From the NCBI GenBank assembly GCA_035265325.1, contig DATFOS010000172.1:5653-69652 (forward strand): a stretch of 64,000 bases of DNA, given 5' to 3'. Below the pieces are notes generated by a model. The model had not been told where the DNA came from, searched no databases, and was given only the letters and a program-made list of their open reading frames with translations. The position numbers and the translations under genes were made by a program. Position 1 is the first letter of the stretch. The number at the start of each line of letters is the position of its first letter. Below are positions 17,855 through 26,527 of this stretch, piece after piece. The stretch comes from Acidimicrobiales bacterium. Lineage in GTDB: Bacteria; Actinomycetota; Acidimicrobiia; Acidimicrobiales; VFJN01.

Positions 17855-19090
17855 TCAGGCCCGGGCCGGCGCTCCCTTGCGGAGCGCCTCGTTGGCGTCC
17901 GGCGGGAGAGCCAGCAGCGGCTCGGCCAGCTCGTCCACGGTCGGCCCGTACTCGGCCGCCAGCGGGGCCAGCGCGTCGAGGTCGAAGCCGTAGAGCTCGG
18001 CCACGTTGCGGCACAGGATGCGGTCGAGCTCGGCCGGCGGCAGGTCGTGGAAGAGCTGGCGCAGGTGCTCGCGAGTGAACGGGTGCGTGCCCTCGTCGTG
18101 GGGGTAGTCGCTGCCCCACATGAACCGGTCGGCGCGGATGCGGTCGCGGGCGGCGACGTCGTCGGGCCCGGGCTGGCTGACGCCCATCCACACGTTCTGG
18201 GCGAAGTACTCCGAGGCCAGGCGGGGCAGCTTCTGCTCGTCGCCGTAGCGCATCTCTCCCAGCGCCCCCGTGTTCACCCGCTGGATCGTCCGGTCGAGCG
18301 AGTCGAGCAGCGGCGGCACCCAGCTGCAGCCGGTCTCGGTGATGACGAGCTTGAGCCGGGGGAAGCGCTCGAGCACGCCGCTGAGGATCAGCTGGACGAG
18401 CGGGCGCTGCGAGTAGAACGGCACCTCGGTGATGAACAGCACCATCGACACGGCGTAGCGGCCGTAGTCGGGGGCGCCGGTGCCGCCGTGGACGTTGACC
18501 GGCACCTCGAGGTCCTGGCACACGGCCCAGAGCGGGTCGTAGTACGGGTCGTAGAGCGGCTTCACCCACTTCACGTCCGGGGCCACGTTGGGCAGCAGGA
18601 TGCCGCCGCGCAGGCCGTGCTCCTTGATCCAACGGACGTCCGCGATGGCGTCGTCCACGTCGTTCAGGAAGACCTGCCCGACCCCGGCGCGCCGCTCGGG
18701 GAAGCGGCCGCACCAGTCGGCCAGCCACCGGTTGTGTGCCCGGATGCCGGCGAGGCGGCGCTCGTAGTCCTCGGGCTTGGGCGGCTGGGCGAACAGCACG
18801 AAGCTCGGGAAGAACGGCGGGACGGTGTTGGGGTACACGACCTCGCCCACGACGCCGTCGGCCAGCTGCTGGCCGTTGCGCATGTCGTCGTCCCAGTTGC
18901 GGAGCCGGCGCGTGTCGCCGAGGTCCTTGAAGGGGTTCTTGTACTTGCCGCGCCAGGCGTCGAACTCGTCGCGGTAGGCGGGGTCGAGGTACTCGCGGTA
19001 GTGGGCGTGGCTGCCGCCGGCGTGGCAGTCCGCCGAGATGATCGTGTAGCGGCCGCCGGCCGCCGCCTGCAGCTCGGTCGGGGCGCTCAT
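17855..19090 (-). CDS. amidohydrolase-2 family metal-dependent hydrolase
   Basis: ISADCHAG, VYPNTVPPFF, MWGSDYPHDEGT. Paralog of 26528..27766. ATGA overlap with the upstream NMO gene. Confidence 0.8.
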   Translation of the reverse strand: MSAPTELQAAAGGRYTIISADCHAGGSHAHYREYLDPAYRDEFDAWRGKYKNPFKDLGDTRRLRNWDDDMRNGQQLADGVVGEVVYPNTVPPFFPSFVLFAQPPKPEDYERRLAGIRAHNRWLADWCGRFPERRAGVGQVFLNDVDDAIADVRWIKEHGLRGGILLPNVAPDVKWVKPLYDPYYDPLWAVCQDLEVPVNVHGGTGAPDYGRYAVSMVLFITEVPFYSQRPLVQLILSGVLERFPRLKLVITETGCSWVPPLLDSLDRTIQRVNTGALGEMRYGDEQKLPRLASEYFAQNVWMGVSQPGPDDVAARDRIRADRFMWGSDYPHDEGTHPFTREHLRQLFHDLPPAELDRILCRNVAELYGFDLDALAPLAAEYGPTVDELAEPLLALPPDANEALRKGAPARA

Positions 19091-20229
19091 GCCGGGGCCA
19101 CCTGCGTGGCCCGCGCCATGCGCTCGACCGTGTCGATGTACTCCGCCACCATCTCGAACACGACGTCCTTGCAGGAGCGGATGTTGTTCATGCGGCTCAC
19201 GACCTGCCCGACCGGCATGCCGGCGAGCTCCTCGTTGCCGGACCTCTGGATCCGGGCCATCGCCTCGCTGTTGAGGATGAACTGCAGCGGCATGGGCAGC
19301 GTGCCCGGCGACTCGGGCGCCTCCCACGCCTCGGTCCAGGCCGTGCGCAGCATGCGGGCGGGCTTGCCCGTGAGCGAGCGGGACCGGACCGTGTCGCTGG
19401 CGCCGGCCTTCAGCAGCTTCCGCATGGCGATCTCGGACGTGTCGGACTCGGCCGTCGTCAGCCAGATGGAGCCCGTCCACACGCCCTGGGCGCCGAGCGC
19501 CATGGACGCCGCCATCTGCCGGCCGGTCCCGATGCCGCCGGCGGCGAGCACGGGCACGTCGACGGCGTCGACCACGTCGGGGACGAGCACCATCGTGGCC
19601 ACCTCGCCCGTGTGGCCGCCGGCCTCGTAGCCCTGGGCGATCACGATGTCGACACCCTGCTGGACGTCGCGGACGGCCTGCTCGACGCGGCCGATGAGGG
19701 CGGCGACCTGCACGTCGAGGGCATGCGCCCGGTCGATGGCCTCCTTCGGCGGCGGGCCGAGGGCGCTGGCCAGCAGGGAGATCGGGTGGGCGAGCGCCAC
19801 GTCGATGAGCGGCGTGCCCGTCGACTCGGTCCAGCCGAGGACGCCCTCGCCGATCGGCGTGCCGTCGCCTTCGCGGGCGGTCGGCAGCGGCGGCACGTCG
19901 TGGTCGGCGAGGACCTTCTCGACGTAGTCCCAGTGCTGCTGCGGGATCATCTCGCGCAGCTGCTTGCCGAGGCCCTTGGCGTCGCCGTGCAGGCCCGCCT
20001 CGCGGTCGGCGCTCTTCACGGGCATCACGACGTCGACGCCGTAGGGCTTGCCGTCCACGTGCTCGTCGATCCACGACAGCTCGATATCGAGCTGGTCGGG
20101 GCTGAAGGCCAGCGCCCCCAGGACGCCCAGGCCGCCGGCCCGGCTCACCGCGGCGGCCACGTCGCGGCAGTGGGTGAAGGCGAAGATCGGGAACTCGATG
20201 CCGAGCTGCTCGCAGAGCTCGTTCTGCAT
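19087..20229 (-). CDS. nitronate monooxygenase / NAD(P)H-dependent flavin oxidoreductase (Rv3553-like)
   Basis: FPIFAFTHCRDVAAAVSRAGGLGVLG, AQGYEAGGHTG, AAGGIGTGRQMAASMALGAQGVWTGS. A perfect KstR operator lies 29 nt upstream. Confidence 0.85.
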   Translation of the reverse strand: MQNELCEQLGIEFPIFAFTHCRDVAAAVSRAGGLGVLGALAFSPDQLDIELSWIDEHVDGKPYGVDVVMPVKSADREAGLHGDAKGLGKQLREMIPQQHWDYVEKVLADHDVPPLPTAREGDGTPIGEGVLGWTESTGTPLIDVALAHPISLLASALGPPPKEAIDRAHALDVQVAALIGRVEQAVRDVQQGVDIVIAQGYEAGGHTGEVATMVLVPDVVDAVDVPVLAAGGIGTGRQMAASMALGAQGVWTGSIWLTTAESDTSEIAMRKLLKAGASDTVRSRSLTGKPARMLRTAWTEAWEAPESPGTLPMPLQFILNSEAMARIQRSGNEELAGMPVGQVVSRMNNIRSCKDVVFEMVAEYIDTVERMARATQVAPA

Positions 20230-20257
20230 GGCGGGTGCCTCCCCGTCAGCTGGAAAC

Positions 20258-20271
20258 TAGAACGTGTTCTA
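20258..20271. promoter_or_regulatory. KstR-type operator upstream of the NMO-amidohydrolase operon
   Basis: TAGAACGTGTTCTA has perfect palindromic arms and lies 29 nt upstream of ATG 20229. Confidence 0.8.
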
Positions 20272-20315
20272 AACCTAGCAGCGGCCCCCCGGGATGCGCC
20301 CGGGCGGGCCGTCGC

Positions 20316-21419
20316 TCAGGGCGCCACCGCGCCCCAGTCGGCGAAGCCGGTCGGGTCGTGGCGCCCCATCGAGGCGTGCTCGAACAGCCCGCGCCCCTCC
20401 TGGCCGTCGCAGTGGGCGACGGCGGCGTGGTCGATCACGCCGAACGGCACGAGCGCCGCCACGGCCGGGTCCGTCAGGTCGTACTCCACGCCCTCGACCC
20501 AGCCCCGGCCCCGCCACTGGCCGTGCCCCCAGTCGCCTGAGCCGCCGTAGCCGGCGCCGACGTGGAGGGCGACCCAGGCGCGCGGCTCGACCGCGACCTC
20601 GACGTCGCGGCCGCCCCGCGCCCGCATGTGGAGGACCGCCTTCTCGGGCTGCCGGGTCCCGGGCCGGTAGACGATGTCGACCTCGGGCCAGCCCAGCTGC
20701 TCGATTCGGCCGTCGCCGAAGACGCGGGCCGCCTCGTTGAGCGTGCGGTGGCCGTCGGGCTGCTCCTGCACGATGACGACGAGGGCGTGGTCCTCGAACC
20801 GGACGGGGACGTACAGCCACCAGAAGCCCTCGATCGGCTCGTCGGCGGCGCGGCCCTGCGGCACCGGCTCGCCCACCGGGCGGATACCCCACGACCGGTC
20901 GCGCGTCCCCGCCCAGGTGCCCGGCTCGACCACGGTGGTCTCGCCCGCCACCCGGACCTCGCCCGACCACGTGCCGACCTGGGCGAAACGCGACGCGTCG
21001 AGGAGCACCTGCGTCCCCGCCCGCAGCAGGTGGTGCGGCTCGTCGAGCGCCGGGAACGAGGCCTCCCACAGCAGGTCGAAGCCGAGCCCATGGTCGTCGG
21101 CGTCGCACACCAGGCGGACGCGGCGCAGCGGCTCGACGACCTCGACACGGTACGGCCCGACCCGCTGCTGCATCCGGTCCTCGCCCAGGGCGTCGGAGCA
21201 GCGCACGGCCCACTGGCGGTCGCCCCGGCGCACGACGGCGTAGGCGTCGATCACGCCGAGGTTGGGGTAGACGCCGAGCCCGGTGACCAGGAGGGTCTCG
21301 CCGGCCGGGTCGAAGGCGTTGAAGTACGACCGGTCGTAGAAGCTGCGGTCGCTGGTGGCGACGTGGCGCATCGACACTGGCGCCTGGTGGACCGGGAACT
21401 CGTCGAGCGGGACGGGCAT
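20316..21419 (-). CDS. conserved hypothetical protein (367 aa), function unknown
   Basis: Ordinary composition with high GC3 in this frame. Begins MPVPLDEFPVHQAPVSMRHVATSDRSFYDRSYFNAF. Lies 20 nt downstream of the kinase-like gene. Confidence 0.7.
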   Translation of the reverse strand: MPVPLDEFPVHQAPVSMRHVATSDRSFYDRSYFNAFDPAGETLLVTGLGVYPNLGVIDAYAVVRRGDRQWAVRCSDALGEDRMQQRVGPYRVEVVEPLRRVRLVCDADDHGLGFDLLWEASFPALDEPHHLLRAGTQVLLDASRFAQVGTWSGEVRVAGETTVVEPGTWAGTRDRSWGIRPVGEPVPQGRAADEPIEGFWWLYVPVRFEDHALVVIVQEQPDGHRTLNEAARVFGDGRIEQLGWPEVDIVYRPGTRQPEKAVLHMRARGGRDVEVAVEPRAWVALHVGAGYGGSGDWGHGQWRGRGWVEGVEYDLTDPAVAALVPFGVIDHAAVAHCDGQEGRGLFEHASMGRHDPTGFADWGAVAP

Positions 21420-21439
21420 CGTGCTCCTCGTTCGGGGGA

Positions 21440-22627
21440 TCAGCCCCAGGGGCGACCGTCGACCGCCCGGGCCAGGGTGTCCCGGTGGTGCAGTAGGTCG
21501 TCCCCGGCGTCGGGGGCCGCCACCTGGCCGTGGGCGACCTGGCGGTGCCCGGTGCGGAGGAAGACGATCCCCCACTGCAGGGCGGCGTAGGTGCCGTACC
21601 AGTCGAGCGCCCGGGGCGAGTGCCCGGTCAGCCGCTCGTACTGCCCCGCCACGTCGTCGACGCGCAGGAACGACGGGAGGCCGGGCAGGTCCCACTGGGC
21701 GGCGAGGTCCTGGAACACGCGGTGGGCCATCAGCAGCCAGGCCACGTCGAGCTCACGCGGGCCGACGCCCGCCATCTCCCAGTCGAGGACCGCCACGGGC
21801 CGGGACGCCCGGTAGATCACGTTGCCGATGCGGGCGTCGCCCCAGGACAGGACCGCCTCGCCGCCCTCGTCGGGCCAGGTCTCGTCGAGGCGGGCGAAGC
21901 CCTGCTCGACCAGCGCCGAGCGCATCCCGCTCGCCCGGACCGACCACTCGTACCAGGCCCGGGTGCGGGCGACGTGGCGTCGCAGGGCCGTGCCCCCGCC
22001 CGCCGACGGCCCCGACGGGTCGAGGAACGCGAACCGCGCCGCGGCGTCCTCGATGCCGTGGAGTTCGGCCAGCACGGCGACGGTGGCGTCCTGCAGCGCC
22101 CGCCGGTCCTCGGGCGGGGCGGCGAACAGCCAGTTGTCGCCGAACGTGTACGGCAGGACGTCGGGCGGCACCTCGCCGTCCACCCGGTCCATGACGAAGA
22201 ACGGGGCGCCCACCCACGACCGGTCGGGCTCCCACCACCGCACGGTGGGCACAGGCACGGACGTGAGCTCGGCGACGGCCCGCAGCAGCGCCGCCTGGTG
22301 CCCCAGCTCGTAGGACGGGAACACGGGCACGTCGTCGAGGTCGGGCTCGAGGCGCGCCACCAGGCGCTCGGCCACCGGGCCGTCCTCGCCGCGCCAGGTG
22401 GCGTCGAACAGGACCGTCTCGCTCGACATGCCGTTGGCGCTGCTGCGGTCGATGTCGACGACCTCGGGCGCCGCCTGCTCGCCCAGCTGCCCCACCAGCC
22501 AGCGCCGCAGGCCGGCCGCGAGCCGGTCCGGGTCGCGCCGGGCCTGCGTGACGGTGCTGGCGTCCGGCCCGTCCGGCGGCGCCGCGGGCGCGCCGGCGAC
22601 GGACTCCGGCCCTGCTGCCTCGACCAT
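21440..22627 (-). CDS. phosphotransferase family protein (APH/choline-kinase-like fold, FadE36-type)
   Basis: Catalytic-loop-like LSWGDARIGNVIY and VLDWEMAGVG. Internal ATG of the 798-aa ORF was chosen because the upstream part is shadow sequence. Confidence 0.75.
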   Translation of the reverse strand: MVEAAGPESVAGAPAAPPDGPDASTVTQARRDPDRLAAGLRRWLVGQLGEQAAPEVVDIDRSSANGMSSETVLFDATWRGEDGPVAERLVARLEPDLDDVPVFPSYELGHQAALLRAVAELTSVPVPTVRWWEPDRSWVGAPFFVMDRVDGEVPPDVLPYTFGDNWLFAAPPEDRRALQDATVAVLAELHGIEDAAARFAFLDPSGPSAGGGTALRRHVARTRAWYEWSVRASGMRSALVEQGFARLDETWPDEGGEAVLSWGDARIGNVIYRASRPVAVLDWEMAGVGPRELDVAWLLMAHRVFQDLAAQWDLPGLPSFLRVDDVAGQYERLTGHSPRALDWYGTYAALQWGIVFLRTGHRQVAHGQVAAPDAGDDLLHHRDTLARAVDGRPWG

Positions 22628-22638
22628 GGCGCCTCCCC

Positions 22639-22652
22639 CCGGGACGTCCCGG
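22639..22652. promoter_or_regulatory. perfect 14-bp palindrome in the divergent phosphotransferase / OYE-kstD promoter region
   Basis: CCGGGACGTCCCGG. Confidence 0.3.
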
Positions 22653-22659
22653 TGGGCGA

Positions 22660-22679
22660 GATCGTGGGCCCCCACGATC
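22660..22679. promoter_or_regulatory. 9-bp perfect inverted repeat with 2-bp spacer, candidate operator of the OYE-kstD-echA20 operon
   Basis: GATCGTGGG cc CCCACGATC. A 2-nt loop is too small for an RNA hairpin, which favours a protein-binding site. Confidence 0.4.
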
Positions 22680-22705
22680 GGGGCGGCAACGTTACGTTCC
22701 GCTGG

Positions 22706-23926
22706 ATGGCACCCCTGCCGGCCGGCCCGCCCGCGCTGCGGCCCTTCGAGAGCGCCCGGCTGGGGCCGCTCACCCTGCGCAACCGCATCGTCAAGGCGGC
22801 GACGTTCGAGGGGCGCACCCCGCGTGGGGTGGTGACCGACGACCTGGTCGAGTTCCACCGCCGGGTGGCCGCCGGCGGCGCGGCCCTGACCACCGTGGCG
22901 TATTGCGCCGTGTCGCCGGACGGGCGCGTCAACCGCCACGGGCTGGTCATGGACGACGAGGTGGTGCCCGGGCTGCGCAAGCTGACCGACGCCGTGCACG
23001 CCGAGGGCGCCGCGGCGGCCGCCCAGCTGGGCCACGCCGGGCTGGTCGCCAACGCCCGCTCGAACCGGGCGCCCGCCCTGGCGCCCTCGCGGCGCTTCAG
23101 CCACGTGTCGATGACGCTCGTGAAGGGGGCGACGACCGCGCAGCTGGCCCGCGTCGTCGAGGACTTCCGGCGGTCCGCCCGCGTCGCCGTCGAGTCCGGC
23201 TTCGACGCCCTCGAGGTGCACCTCGGGCACGGCTACCTGCTCAGCTCGTTCCTCAGCCCCAACCTCAACAAGCGCACCGACCGCTACGGCGGCAACCTCG
23301 AGGGCCGCAGCCGCTTCCCCCGCGAGGTGGTGCGGGCCGTGCGCGAGGAGGTCGGGGACCGCGTCGCCGTGCTCGCCAAGCTCAACATGGCCGACGGGGT
23401 GGCGGGGGGCCTGTGGCTCGACGAGGCGGTCGAGGTGGCGCGCCTGCTGGAGGCGGACGGCTGCCTCGACGCCATCGAGCTGACCGGCGGCAGCTCGTTC
23501 CTCAACGCCATGTACTTCTTCCGGGGCGAGGTCCCGCTGCGCGAGATCGCCGCCAGCCAGCCGGCCGCCCTGCGCCTCGGCGTGCGCCTTCTCGGGCCCC
23601 GGCTGTTCCCGAGCTACCCGTTCGAGGAGGCGTTCTTCCTGCCGTACGCCCGCCAGGTGCGCGCCGCGGTCGGCCTCCCACTGATCCTGCTCGGCGGCAT
23701 CAACCGGCTCGACACCGTCCAGCACGGCCTCGACGAGGGGTTCGAGCTGGTGGCCATGGCCCGGGCGCTGCTGCGCGAGCCCGACCTCGTGGAGCGCATG
23801 CGGGCCGGCGCCGCCACCGAGGGCCTGTGCGTCCACTGCAACAAGTGCACGCCGACGATCTACTCGGGGACCCGCTGCGTGCTGGTCCCCGAGCCTGCAC
23901 CGACGACCGCCGGGGGGCGCGCGTGA
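22706..23926 (+). CDS. NADH:flavin oxidoreductase (Old Yellow Enzyme family) with C-terminal Cys cluster
   Basis: GFDALEVHLGHGYLLSSFLSPNLNKRTDRYGG, and a CVHCNKCTPTIYSGTRC tail. Confidence 0.8.
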   Translation: MAPLPAGPPALRPFESARLGPLTLRNRIVKAATFEGRTPRGVVTDDLVEFHRRVAAGGAALTTVAYCAVSPDGRVNRHGLVMDDEVVPGLRKLTDAVHAEGAAAAAQLGHAGLVANARSNRAPALAPSRRFSHVSMTLVKGATTAQLARVVEDFRRSARVAVESGFDALEVHLGHGYLLSSFLSPNLNKRTDRYGGNLEGRSRFPREVVRAVREEVGDRVAVLAKLNMADGVAGGLWLDEAVEVARLLEADGCLDAIELTGGSSFLNAMYFFRGEVPLREIAASQPAALRLGVRLLGPRLFPSYPFEEAFFLPYARQVRAAVGLPLILLGGINRLDTVQHGLDEGFELVAMARALLREPDLVERMRAGAATEGLCVHCNKCTPTIYSGTRCVLVPEPAPTTAGGRA

Positions 23927-25668
23927 GCGACGGAGAGAGCCGGGCCGAGGGCGCCCGCTGGGACCACGAGGTCGACGTCGTCGTCGTCGGCTCGGGCTTC
24001 GGGGGGATGACCGCGGCGCTGCGGGCCGCCCACCGCGGCCTCGACGTCGTCGTGATCGAGAAGATGCCGAGCTACGGCGGTTCCAGCGCGCTGTCGGGCG
24101 GCGGGGTGTGGATCCCCAACAACCCGGTCAACGTGCGCGCCGGCCTGCAGGACTCGGTCGAGCGGGCCCGCTCCTACATGGCGGCGATCGTCGGGGACGC
24201 GGTGCCGCAGGCCCGCATCGACGCCTTCCTCGCCGCCGGGCCCGACGCCATGGCCTTCCTCGAGCGCGAGACGCGCTGGGTCCGCTTCATGCGGGTGGCC
24301 GGCTACGCCGACTACCACCCCGAGGAACCGGGCGGCGAGCCCACCGGCCGGACCGTCGAGCCCGTCCCGATCGACGCCCGCAAGCTCGGCGCGGACGAGG
24401 ACGCCCTGCTCCGCAACCGGATGATGAAGGCGCCGGCCGGCATGTACGTCACGCAGGCCGAGTACCGGAAGCTCACGCAGGTCCTGACCACGTGGCAGGG
24501 CCGGGCGGCGGCGATGAGGATCGGCGTCCGCACGGCCGTCGGCAAGCTGCTGCGCCGGCGTGTGATCGCGCTCGGCGCCGCCGGAGTCGCCCGCTTCCGC
24601 CTGGCGCTGCGCGACGCCGGCATCCCGCTGTGGCTGGAGACGCCGATGGACGAGCTCGTGGTCGAGGACGGCCGCGTCCTCGGGGTGCGGGCCACGCGCG
24701 ACGGCGCCGAGTGCGCGATCCGGGCCCGGCGCGGCGTCGTGCTGGCGGCCGGCGGCTTCGAGCGCAACGAGGCGATGCGCAAGCAGTACCAGCGGGAGCC
24801 CATCAATGGCGTGTGGACGTCGGGCGCCGAGGGCAACACCGGCGACGCCATCCAGGCCGGCCTCGGCCTCGGCGCCGCCGTCGACCTCATGGACGACGCC
24901 TGGTGGGGCCCGTCGATCGACACCGGCGGGCCCGGGCTCTTCATCCTCGCCGAGCGGGCCCTGCCCGGCGCCATCGTCGTGAACTCGCGGGGCGAGCGCT
25001 ACGTCAACGAGGCCAGCCCCTACGTCGATTTCGTCCACCGCATGTACGAGGTGCACGACGAAGACGGCGTGAGCACGATCCCGTCACACCTGATCATCGA
25101 CCAGCGCTACCGCAACCGGTACCCGTTCGTGCAGGCGCCGCCCCGCGCCCCGCTCCCCCGCTGGATGACCAAGTACGGCATCGTCACGACCGCCGACTCG
25201 CTCGACGAGCTGGCCGGCAAGATCGGCGTGCCGCCCGAGGGCCTCGCCGCCACCGTGCGGCGCGTCAACGAGTTGGCCGCCACGGGCCACGACGACGACT
25301 TCGGCAAGGGCGACAGCGCCTACGACCGCTACTACGGCGACCCGGCCAACACGCCCAACCCGTGCCTGGCCCCGATCGGGGAGCCGCCCTTCTACGCCTT
25401 CCGGCTCATCCCGGGCGACCTGGGCACCAAGGGCGGGCTGGTGACCGACGAGCGGGCCCGCGTGCTGCGCGAGGACGGCACGGCAATCCCCGGCCTCTAC
25501 GCCATCGGCAACACGTCCGCCTCGGTCATGGGCCGCGACTACGCCGGCGCGGGCGCCACGATCGGCCCCGCCATCGCGTTCGGCTACGTGGCCGCCGACG
25601 ACCTCGCCGAGCCGGCGGCGGCGAGGCCGGCGGCCGGCGACGCGCCCGAGCCCGAGGCCGCCTCGTGA
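23923..25668 (+). CDS. kstD: 3-oxosteroid 1-dehydrogenase
   Basis: VDVVVVGSGFGGMTAAL FAD motif, SGGGVWIPNN, DDAWWGP, GDLGTKGGLVTD. Strong resemblance to recalled KstD (Rv3537). GTGA overlap upstream. Confidence 0.85.
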   Translation: MSDGESRAEGARWDHEVDVVVVGSGFGGMTAALRAAHRGLDVVVIEKMPSYGGSSALSGGGVWIPNNPVNVRAGLQDSVERARSYMAAIVGDAVPQARIDAFLAAGPDAMAFLERETRWVRFMRVAGYADYHPEEPGGEPTGRTVEPVPIDARKLGADEDALLRNRMMKAPAGMYVTQAEYRKLTQVLTTWQGRAAAMRIGVRTAVGKLLRRRVIALGAAGVARFRLALRDAGIPLWLETPMDELVVEDGRVLGVRATRDGAECAIRARRGVVLAAGGFERNEAMRKQYQREPINGVWTSGAEGNTGDAIQAGLGLGAAVDLMDDAWWGPSIDTGGPGLFILAERALPGAIVVNSRGERYVNEASPYVDFVHRMYEVHDEDGVSTIPSHLIIDQRYRNRYPFVQAPPRAPLPRWMTKYGIVTTADSLDELAGKIGVPPEGLAATVRRVNELAATGHDDDFGKGDSAYDRYYGDPANTPNPCLAPIGEPPFYAFRLIPGDLGTKGGLVTDERARVLREDGTAIPGLYAIGNTSASVMGRDYAGAGATIGPAIAFGYVAADDLAEPAAARPAAGDAPEPEAAS

Positions 25669-26465
25669 CCGGGCGCACGCACCCATCGGTCACCACCACG
25701 GTCCACGGGGGTGGCGTCGCCGAGGTCGTGGTCGACAACCCGCCGGTCAACGCCCTGCCGGTCGCGGGCTGGTTCGCGCTGGCCGACGCCCTGCGGGCCG
25801 CGGGCGCCGACGAGGCCGTGCGGGCCGTGGTGCTCCGCGCCGAGGGCCGCGGGTTCAACGCCGGCGTCGACATCAAGGAGATGCAGGCGACGGAGGGCTT
25901 CGCCGCCCTCGTCGGCGCCAACCGGGGCTGCTACGAGGCGTTCGGCGCCGTCTACGACTGCCCGGTCCCCGTGATCGCCGCCGTGCAGGGCTACTGCCTG
26001 GGCGGCGGCATCGGCCTGGTCGGCAACGCCGACGTGATCGTGGCGTCCGAGGACGCCACGTTCGGCCTGCCGGAGGTCGACCGGGGCGCGCTGGGCGCCG
26101 CCACGCACCTGGCCCGCCTCGTCCCCCAGCACAAGATGCGGGCGATGGTCTACACGTCGGCCACCGCCACGGCGGCCGAGCTGGCCGCCTACGGGTCGGT
26201 GCTCCGGGTGGTACCGCGCGACGGGCTGCGGGCGGCGGCGTTCGAGGTCGCCGAGTCCATCGCCGCCAAGTCGTCCACCGTCATACGGGCGGCCAAGGCG
26301 TCGCTCAACGGGATCGACCCCGTCGACGTCCACCGCTCGTACCGCTTCGAGCAGGGCTTCACGTTCGAGCTCAACCTGCTGGGCGCCGGCGACGAGGCGC
26401 GGGACGCCTTCGTAGCCGACAAGCGCCGCGATCCCGGTCAGCGGACCACGCCCCCGGGGTCCTGA
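25665..26465 (+). CDS. echA20: enoyl-CoA hydratase, EchA20-like
   Basis: VVLRAEGRGFNAGVDIKEMQATEGF, GGGIGLVGNADVIVASEDATFGLPEVDRGALGAATHL. Very close to recalled Rv3550. Confidence 0.75.
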   Translation: MTGRTHPSVTTTVHGGGVAEVVVDNPPVNALPVAGWFALADALRAAGADEAVRAVVLRAEGRGFNAGVDIKEMQATEGFAALVGANRGCYEAFGAVYDCPVPVIAAVQGYCLGGGIGLVGNADVIVASEDATFGLPEVDRGALGAATHLARLVPQHKMRAMVYTSATATAAELAAYGSVLRVVPRDGLRAAAFEVAESIAAKSSTVIRAAKASLNGIDPVDVHRSYRFEQGFTFELNLLGAGDEARDAFVADKRRDPGQRTTPPGS

Positions 26466-26527
26466 GGCGCCCCGGGGCGGCCCGCCGTACCGTCGCATCC
26501 GGACGCGACAAGGGGAGCGCACCCGCC

